Shown here: one piece after another, positions 54,466 through 64,000 of the stretch
Layout of the letters: each line of letters begins with the position of its first letter
Position numbering within the stretch: position 1 is the stretch's first letter
Assembly: GCA_028023455.1 (NCBI GenBank)
Contig: JAQFVV010000011.1
Span: 4,898,001 to 4,962,000 of the forward strand
Direction of reading: 5' to 3'
Source: Epiperipatus broadwayi
Lineage: Eukaryota; Animalia; Onychophora
Length of the DNA: 64,000 bases
Made by a program: the position numbers and the translations under genes
The notes under the pieces: generated by a model
Told to the model about the DNA's origin: nothing
The model's database searches: none
Seen by the model: the letters and a program-made list of their open reading frames with translations, nothing else

Positions 54466-56996
54466 GATATATATATATCTTCACGCAGAAAAATAAAACT
54501 AGGAATATTCTACATAATATAATATGAATTAATTTGACTTATCAATAAACCAACTGCAATGTTCTGATTCTCAGCATAGACCAATTTATTTCATCTACAG
54601 AGAGTGAATTCCTTTTTCACTTTCAAAATTAAGAGTTTATTTTGAGAGGCAGAAAAATAAATAAAATATTGGCATGATTGTTTGTTTGACTTGAGGTAAG
54701 AAAAGATTTAACAACAAAAAAACTTCAAAATTTCCTTAAATCGAGTCATTTATAAATTTGGTTAAAATATGACACATAACTGATAATAAACTACATCATT
54801 AATCAGCTGTTAATTTAAAAAAGAATATAATAACCTGATCTGTTATTGAACCTAAGAACAAAAAAGCACACCTACGCTATGGTCCGAAAGATGGTAGAGC
54901 CTAATATCAATATCTGCAATATTAACAGTATCATGTTTATAGAATAAAAATTGATTAGATTCTATAAACACACACTTGCCTTTAATTGTAATAACTGAAT
55001 TGTTGATATCTGAAAACTGATTTTTTTAAAAAAGAAAAATAACAAAATATTTAATGTGACTTCTCAAGCTTTATAAATGGTATCATTGCAATCATCATGA
55101 GGCAATTTTTCATAGTGGCAATGAAACTCTTCTGTAAAAACAACCAAAAAAACATTGGATAATTATCCAAGAAAAAAAAAAAGTTTCTTTAAATCTTTAT
55201 ATTTCAAATACATTCAGTGACTAAAGATTAGTAGCACTTTATACAAAAGGGCAAGTAAAACGTTAAAAGTGTTATGAATAGTCTTCAAAGTGATAATTGA
55301 AGTTGTCATTTTTCAGATGATTAACAATGCAATCCTACAGCTAATCTGGAGTTGGAACGATTGGTAAAAATAATCAAAGGCAAGACCTTCCACATAACAT
55401 TTGCCCGAATTAATGAATTCAATCCAAACTCTCTTAAAAACAATATTTAAGATAAAAATTACTGATAAATATTGAAAACTTATTAACCACTACTATGAAA
55501 TTTATTATTTTTATAAGGAGTGACTTTAATTAAAGAGTTTACTTTCAATCAGCTTCTTTGTACTTTTTCTTTTTGAATGTATGTATCAATCTTCAGCCAC
55601 AATATTGACTTCTTGAAAATTCTATTTCAATAACCGTATAAAAGAGAATAACATTACAGCTAGTGTCTTGACTAAACGTTTATCATATCAAATAAAATGC
55701 ATTAACTGAATCAATATTTTTGAAATATATCTAATTTGTTTTTTTATATGTAATTAATTCATACCTCATTATCATACCAAGATGCCAAGACAGAGGGAAA
55801 ACCAAGACATTTAGTAATCTGTCTATTTGACGAAACTCTGCTAAAGATCAGATAGCAACAACTTGCAACTATTCCGTCCTAAATGACAGGTTTCCAAAAA
55901 TCTTATCAAGATCATCTAAACATTGATATATATCACAAATGTACATCTTTGCACCATGCACTTAACTTATTGCAATGGGGGGGGGGGGGATGACAGGGAC
56001 TTCAAACAAGAGTAGCCTTTATAACTTCAGTTGTAAATAGTCATTGGAACCACCATTGTATATTTGATGCAGAATGTTTCATATGGATTTACCCCAATTA
56101 ACCTTTAATCTAAAATTTCCATGTACTAGATAAGCTATTATTATCTATACTAATAATTATTCAAAGTCAAATATTGACATAAAATTAGACCTCTATAATT
56201 AGAAAGGCAAATATGTTTAGGCCCAAATTCTTTGGTTGTAGAAACCATTAGTTTGAATAGCATAATTAGAGATAGTTTCTGGATGACAATAATTCAAATA
56301 TTATTCTCTATTGATGATGATTGTTACCCAAAAGCTAGTCTGGGGATTTGTTTTATGTTAGAATCTGCTATATATTGATTGTTTAGATGGATGACTGATG
56401 AATAGTGATGCATGATGGATTAATTACTGCTTTTCTTAAAGACTGCATAAAGCCATCCAATTCTTTGATTATAATTGCATTAAAAAAAAAAAATGAAAAT
56501 TAATAATAAAATTTCAGATATTCACGTATTAAAATAGTTTGTTTGACTGCCATTATTCAGAATAACTGATAAAATGAGATGTTGGTAAAATCAATCAAAT
56601 TAATTCTCAGCTCATTCAAATTGTGTTCTACAATCTTGTAAATCATAATATCAATAAAAAATATACCAAACTTATTTTTCTCAGTATATTTACATCTCAT
56701 AAAGCACTACTTCTCTCATCAAATGAATTAGGCATTTAAATACCCTGAATCTTGCCATCAAATTCAATAACCTGATTTTCTATATAAAAACTGTAAATGC
56801 ACAATATTGATATTAAAACTTGAATATATTCATAATCAAAAATGCATATATGTTAATAAATTTTTTAATGTATATTATAAGCCTTATATGGAAAGTTAGA
56901 CTATCATATCTTGTAGGAGTGGAGATTTATTCCATGAAATATATATATAAAGAGAAGTTAATCTAATGTCTTTAATACTGATTTGATAGTATAGAA

Positions 56997-57559
56997 CAGA
57001 GGTCAGCAAACTTTTTAACATGAAGAGCCATTTTGTTTTAACCCCCCCCCCCATAAAGAACAACAAGGAAAAAGATATTTCTCTCCATACCCATTAAAAA
57101 GCCACAAGGAAAGAAGTACCCCCCCCCCCCAATTAAAGAGCCACAAGATAAGAGGTGGAAAATCTGTTCATGAAAAATATGAATTTCTGAATGGTTATGG
57201 ATATATCTGAACATTTATTTTAGTAATAGAATAGAATTTGTATGCATTCTAACGAAAATAAAAATTCTCTTAAAAATAAATAAATAAAAACCAAAAAATT
57301 ACTTTGTCACTTTGATTTATTCACAATTTTCTAATATTTAAATATTCATCATATACAATAATTACTACTCTATAATAAGGTTGAATTCAAGAAACAATGT
57401 TGCAATATGCATTTTTCCTGTCCTAAAATTATCAAAATATTTATCTACAAATGACAAGAGGAAATAAAAAATATGTTTATATTTATCATGATAAAAGGGC
57501 CACTAATTTGAGATCAAAAAGTCATATTTGATTCACAAGCCATGGTTTACCAGCCGCTG
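56997..57559. mobile_element. hAT (Charlie-like) MITE
   Basis: Ends CAGAGGTCAGCAAAC / GTTTACCAGCCGCTG; 8-bp flanks GTATAGAA / GTTTAGAT resemble the NTCTAGAN target; internal GAGCCAC repeats. Confidence 0.75.
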
Positions 57560-59186
57560 GTTTAGATTATTGTGGAGTGCAATATGGGTGCACTGAGAAT
57601 AAATTTGCTTGATTATATACTTATTTATAGCATGATGCTTAATCTTTACATAAATATACAGTGTGTATATTAAGGACTATAAAAGGCCATTAAAAATAAT
57701 GTCTGGCCATAATAAATAATGATTAAACAAAATCAGGCACTGTAAAAAACTTTATGTTGTTTGACAAAATTTATCATACTGATTAGTCAATATGAATACT
57801 GCTATCATATGATTGGGCAAAGCTATAACAATGATATCTTTTGGGGAATAATTAGAAGAGGGTAGGAGAGAAGTGATCAGCTGATAAAACATTAGTCAAT
57901 GAGTACTTGGGTTGCATTTCTTTGCATAGCACATGAATATTGAATTTAGTATTGAATTGTAAATTCATAGAGCAAGTTGGAAACAGTTAATATTGTTTTG
58001 CATTTTATTTTTTAACCTTTTTTTTTTTTTAAGTGATATGGATAACGGTCTCAGCTACCAAATAAATAACATATTAGTAAGAAAAGATCAGAACAGTCAA
58101 ATTTTTATAAAATCAGTTTATTTAGCATTGATATGAAAAGTAAAAATCAAACATTCTTTAAGTTAGTTTTTGTGATGTTATCATTAAAGAATTATACAAA
58201 ATAGACTAGGAATATGGGAACTGAAGGTTCCCAAAAGTTCTCAGCCTGATAATTCTCTTTATATTGAGCTTCACTTGCTTGCGTAATGCGCAAGTTGTAA
58301 CTTACTGCTTGAACGTGAAGTAGAAACAAGGATTTTATTTCAATTTTATTAATAATAAGTTTTGTAATTGTTTTGAACACATTGTTTTCAAAACTTTGAA
58401 TAATTTACAAACATAAATAATTCTATTAAAAAAGTGGAATTTTTAATCAAATTTCCCAAAGGGTATCTAGCTTTATTCATGTCTTGCGAATTTAAGAAAT
58501 TAATTAATATTTATCAGTTTGCATGGTTGTTTCAGTCATTATTCATAATGGTCAGATATTTTTTAGAATGATCTATTAATCATCTAATCCATAACATATA
58601 CAAAAATAAAAACATAAATAACTGCTATTACAAAATACATAAAATTATCTGGATCTTATTCTAGATGGGAAATTAAGAACTGAAAAATAACATTTACACT
58701 TTTAAAAAACTTTTCTTCTTGAAATTTCAAATTCTATTAACAATAATTTCCCAAAAATATAGCAGTTTTAATCAAATAGTTATGTTCTATTTTATTACCT
58801 GATAATAAAATCATAAACTCTGGAATTCTAATTCTTACATCGATCTTTTCTTACTCATAATTTTTTCTTAAATTTCACGCAATACTATGAAAGCTAATTC
58901 ATTACCAACATCTGAATGAAAGAAAATCTAATTTGCAACAAGTTTATGCTTTCTATTCAATTCCAGATGAGTTCAATTTTTCCAAAATAATATAAAAAAA
59001 AGAGACCTTGTAAAAGTGTTATTTGAAATTCCATATATCAAAAAATAAATCAAATGAGATAATCAGGTTAACTTTTGTCTAAAAGGAAATAATATAAAAA
59101 GAACTAATTAAAAAAAATAAATCTGCATTAGTATTTACTTCACACCTTGACAAAGACTAAATAATTAGATAAGTTATTATATGTCA

Positions 59187-59309
<123 letters not shown>

Positions 59310-60039
59310 CTATATATATATAAATCTTATTATGTAACAAACAATGATAAAAATAAAATAACAAATGATATATACAAATAGAAAAAAAATTGCTTTACCA
59401 TCAATGGTGACCAAGTATTATGATTGATTGAGTTCAGAAAATTAGCATAACAACTGAATTCATAATGGATCGTGGCAAATTCCCATAGGATTAATAATAA
59501 TAATAAAATTGACTTATTATGGTAACACTATACTTTTATATTGTAACGGTATACACATGCCGTTACATTATTTTAAAATTAAAATAAAAACAGGATCGTA
59601 AATAAAAATTGATTTTATTAAAAACTAAAAGCCAAAAATTAAAAGAGTTGTGTTTAACGTATATAGATCTCACAGATGGAAAACTTTAAAAACTATTTTA
59701 AGAAAAAAAGTATTTGAAAGTATTTTTTTTTTGTGAAAAAAGTAAAAATATAAAGATTGATATTCTTGAAAATAGAAATAAATGATTTCTATCAGGTTTA
59801 ATCTTAGAAAATGGAAATGATCATTTTATTAATTAAATGATTGTTTTAAAGCAAACTAACCCTTGGAGCACTTAAAATAATTAAAAAGGTCAGATAAGAG
59901 AATAAAAAAATTAGATTGGCCAATGCAAGCACGAGGTCACAGCACAGACCGTAAATGAAACATTAGAGTCAGTGACATCATGCTAGATCGATCCCTTGGA
60001 TTTTTGATAAGGGAACATAAAAGTATAAAAGGCAAAATA

Positions 60040-60290
60040 ATTGCTGTTTAAGATTCTGACTATTGAGCTATATATGAATGGTAGCTATATTGCAGACTTC
60101 ACAATGTAGGAGTCTTGCAATAGATTTAATTTCTTTTGCATGCATAAGCCGAGGCCTCCCGACAACTGTCTCTGACCAAATGAATGGCTTGTAGTGGTTA
60201 TGTCTCCAAAGCACTATTAGCAAACAATAGGATCAGCAAGGACTTCCATAAACTGAATGAAATCTGGAGGAGTCATCAAGATCAACGGGG
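60040..60290 (-). mobile_element. Possible Tc1-like transposase N-terminal remnant
   Basis: Minus frame ...VLWRHNHYKPFIWSETVVGRPRLMHAKEIKSIARLL..., then SIVRILNS after a frameshift; GRPR linker typical of Tc1. Confidence 0.4.
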
Positions 60291-62169
60291 AAGTATAAAT
60301 TTTTACCAATTGAACTTTCTTTTAAATAAATATATCTTCAAAAAGTAGTCAATCCGTAAAGAAAAAAAGTAATATAAATAAATGGACTCTTGTCTAACCA
60401 AGAATAGAACTCTAAATCAATTATTAATATTTATTTTTATATAAGTTTGCTATTTCAATCATTTCCATTTTTTTTTTTTTATTTATTTATGTATTTAACT
60501 AGGTCATTTAATTTTATCTGTTAACTAAAATGTATTAAATTTAAGTTGGGTGTGGATAGCTGCATAGATTCGTTAAGGTTTATATTAGTTATTTTTTAAG
60601 GTTTTTTTTTTTATACATGAAAAAAAATATATAGATATATCGGTAAATATGACCTCATGCTGAATGTCCAAATGTATTTATTCGTATATCTTTTAAGTTA
60701 TTGTTGTTAATGTGGCACCTTATGATGAGTGCCATTGGGTTTACTTTATTGTAAATTTCCCTCAGCAATTCTCAATTAATAACTTTATATTTTAATCATT
60801 TATGTTTATTTTGAAGGAGTTTAATTTCAGGCTATTTGTTTCATAGTTAAGTCGATGCTGGTGGAGGGATATATGGGTGTTTATATTAATGCAATGTGAA
60901 ACTTGTTAGCATACAGGGCAAACTTGTCCAATTGAATGCATGACCCAAAGATGTATGCAGATGTATTTCCTATGACATTGCCTTCCTTTAGCTCTATGGA
61001 TAGGGACTGTAAATCAGCAGATAGACCGCTCTCCCCCATACATAGCATATCTCTTTAAATATTTTATAAGCACGATTCCTTCACCAGACAGATACACATT
61101 CCTGTACTGGATGAGGATCATGTCCTTCAAATATCACGCTGCAGACACACATTCCTGATGGTGTGGTTTTATGCTAGCATCTTCATATTGCATTGGTTGC
61201 ATCTGTATATCAGGAAGCAGGCGTTGGGTTGGCTACAAACTTTTAGTCTGGGATTGAATGTTTGTTTTTTTTGAAAAGTTTTTAAATGAATAATCTATGT
61301 AGCTTATCTGTTACTCAACATTAAAAAAAAACTTTTATAAACTGTCCATCTGTGCGGACTGTCTAAAATAATAACTTAAAATTAATAGTAAAGTATAATA
61401 AATAATTTTTGTGTGTTATTACTGGCAGTGGCTTATTTTATTTTTTTAATATTAAAAATTTATTTTTGATTTCAAATCTTTTTTGAATGAAATGTTAAAT
61501 AAGTATTTATAATAAACCTCTGCATCTCCTTGAGCTAGTGACAAGGACTAATGGTCAATAAAACATAAAATTGGATCTTAACAGTAGATATCTGCCTACT
61601 ATATAAATTTTCCAGGTTCGAATGACCTGGTGGCACCCTTGTACGGCAGATGCGGTAAGACTCCGATTCACCCTGACCGTTATAATATATTAACAATAAT
61701 TTACTACCAATGTTACACTGTTTAAATATTTATTAAAAAACGTAAATAAAGATGTGGATAAAATGAGTACTAATTCTCTTGTAAAATTATGGTTAATTTA
61801 ATACTCAAATCTTTTTCTTGGAATTCAGTCATTATTGACTTGAAGAAAATAACAGTAATGTTTTTAAAATGTAGTCAAAGATTCTCGAATGCTATGCATG
61901 CCCATAATAATGATCAGTAAGTACCCTTTTCATGATTTACCACTTACTGATATTTGTTTGTTTTATGCAAGGTTAAACCCAAAAAGCATTTGACATTTTT
62001 TACCAGTGGAATATTCATATTAGTATATTATATATATTGAACCGGATTGATATCTGATTCAATGGTGTTATTAAAAAAAAAATATTTTTTTTTTAAATTT
62101 TAAACTTTTAATTTTCATTAAATGTTTAATGTTTACATTTATTATTATTATTATTTAAAAAGAGTACAT

Positions 62170-64000
62170 GTATTAAAATACACACACGTTTATATTTAAA
62201 CGGATCATTTTAATGTTTATAGATTTACTTTAAAATAGTTTACTTTCACCGCTTGTTTTTAATCAATTTGATTAAAAACAGGCAAGCTTGCTAATTACAT
62301 TCCTGTTGCTTTTATATTAATCATTTTAAAGGTCATTCTAAAAGCGGAAATTTAATTGTGTTGTTGTTTTTTTTTAAAGAATCCCTGGGTAGAATTCTTA
62401 GATTGGATTGAGCTGGAGATAATATTTGCCCTGCCTAAGGTCTAGAATTTAACAACAAGGAAAAGTTTTTACGGGAAATGTAGCCGGGTATAAATGACTC
62501 CGCAAATTTTGGGACAATAGTTTTTGCTTTAATTCTTGACCAACAAGCTGTTTCAAAGTGAGAGATTCCGTATTCCATATACATTTGGATTCTCGCCTGC
62601 TGAGAGTTTTACCATTTTGGGTAGCCGTTCGGACATTTAATTCCTGCTAAAAACTTGCAATTATTAACAGACTTCATTGCTGTGCAAGATGTCAAAATCT
62701 ACTGCTCTGAGTTTTGCCATCATCAGGTTGTCTTGTTAACTTAAACAAAGGATGAACCCTAATTGCCAAATCTCCGTCAGTCATGCCATAAACATCTAGA
62801 AGACCGGAATCTCTACACCTCTATCTTGCTGTTGTCAAAGAACATGAAAATGAACTAAAATAATAATGCACACTCTACATGAACCTTGTTTTACTGTAAG
62901 GTAAATATTTTCTTTTATTCTTCCCAGGGTAAATTTCTTTTAATTAAATTTCCACTCAATCTAATTATAAATCTGTATTTCTAAGCAATATTTAGCCTCA
63001 TATTTAATATTTGTTGTGTTTTCTTGTATTTTGTAGTGTGTCTTGGAATCTTAGTTTTAAGATTACAAATTTTTGTTTATTGGAGAGTGATGAGTGAGTT
63101 TTTATATTTGTATGCCTAACTTTTTATAAATGCTTTAGCAGTTATGTATATTTTAAATGCTTACGTGTAATTATTTTAGTAGCCAATAATTGATTTTAAA
63201 TACCGTGTTTGTGTTTTTGCAAACCACCAAAAATCTTTTGGCTGGAGACTTTAGTGTCCTAGTTTTCCGCAGGTGGGGATTTCATTTCTTATATCTCTGA
63301 AAACGGAAACTAGAATTGTTTTTCTTTGTAATTTTATAAGTCGCCAGCAGGAAGATAATATTTATCCCTTTGTAAATTACAGGTGAGAGAGACTTCCGTT
63401 TTGCTCAAGTATTTAAAGCTTTAATATTTTCGTACACATGTGCACTCTCCGACAGATTTATTTTGCATTTATGTGTGGCTTTAAATTTATTAGAGCGTGT
63501 ACTCAGAATTTTGTTTTGTAAGTTTGTTTTTCTTGAAATGTTTGGGCAAACATAACTGCTTTTCTAATTATTTGCTTATCTCCTAATGAGACCTTTAATT
63601 ATTATTCTTAGAGTAGTTTTCGTCAATCGTTTGGTTGGGGATTCACCAGTTTTAAGTGTTTGTTTTCCTTTAATTTTAAATCATATTTTTCGGTTGTTCT
63701 TGAGGTAAATCAATCATCTTTATTTTAAATGTAATGTTAGATGCAGCTTCTACCGGCATATGACATTCGTGGTCCCGACACATTTTTCGGGCCTCGAAAA
63801 GCTCGCCGGCGCTAGTTTCATTGATTTATTTCAAGAACGTATTGTTTAAGTATCTGAATAGAAGACCAATGTTTGGGTGAATCCTCTGCTGAATGAAATT
63901 TGTTTCCTCCCTTTTATAATTCGTTATTAGAAGATCAGTAGGTCTGCCAGAGTATTGAATTTAGTCTTTCTGGTACACGCCTAAGCTAATCCTATTTGTT
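62170..64000 (+). mobile_element. Possible LTR / LTR-retrotransposon leader
   Basis: CpG-richer block with TATA-like GGGTATAAATG near 62487, long T-rich stretch, then ...TGACA-TTCG-TGGTCCCGAC (PBS-like) near 63761-63778; no second LTR or ORF in the window. Confidence 0.3.

Noticed and set aside
59390-59425. Upstream PCCB exon ending ATG GTA AAG
   Set aside because: Followed by CA rather than GT, and upstream codons do not resemble PCCB.
59905-60030. CCAAT / TGACATCA / TATAAAAG promoter-like cluster
   Set aside because: Short motifs are expected by chance in AT-rich DNA, and the region adjoins the possible Tc1 remnant.

Overview
AT-rich, CpG-poor animal (invertebrate-like) nuclear DNA with two convergent host genes. 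The C-terminal end of a REEP5/YOP1-like gene lies at 1-303 (+). Nine 3' exons of propionyl-CoA carboxylase beta (PCCB) lie at 25099-59309 (-), all GT-AG and in phase; the 5' exons are outside the window. The rest is mostly transposon-derived: a nearly full-length decayed LINE with a PHD+SGNH-esterase ORF1 (RTEX-like), RTE remnants, Penelope-like (PLE) remnants, tRNA-Gly-derived SINEs, a hAT MITE and several hairpin MITEs. The most notable structures are: (1) a 1.2-kb Penelope-like insertion with an exact 13-bp TSD, a 67-nt inverted tail, a hammerhead-ribozyme core in PCCB sense orientation and an almost cytosine-free sense strand, with related hammerhead cores elsewhere; (2) a 3.57-kb imperfect palindrome; (3) a ~2.3-kb inverted repeat pair enclosing two PCCB exons, whose terminal hairpin shows compensatory changes. 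TE boundaries and identities were judged by eye; no searches were run.
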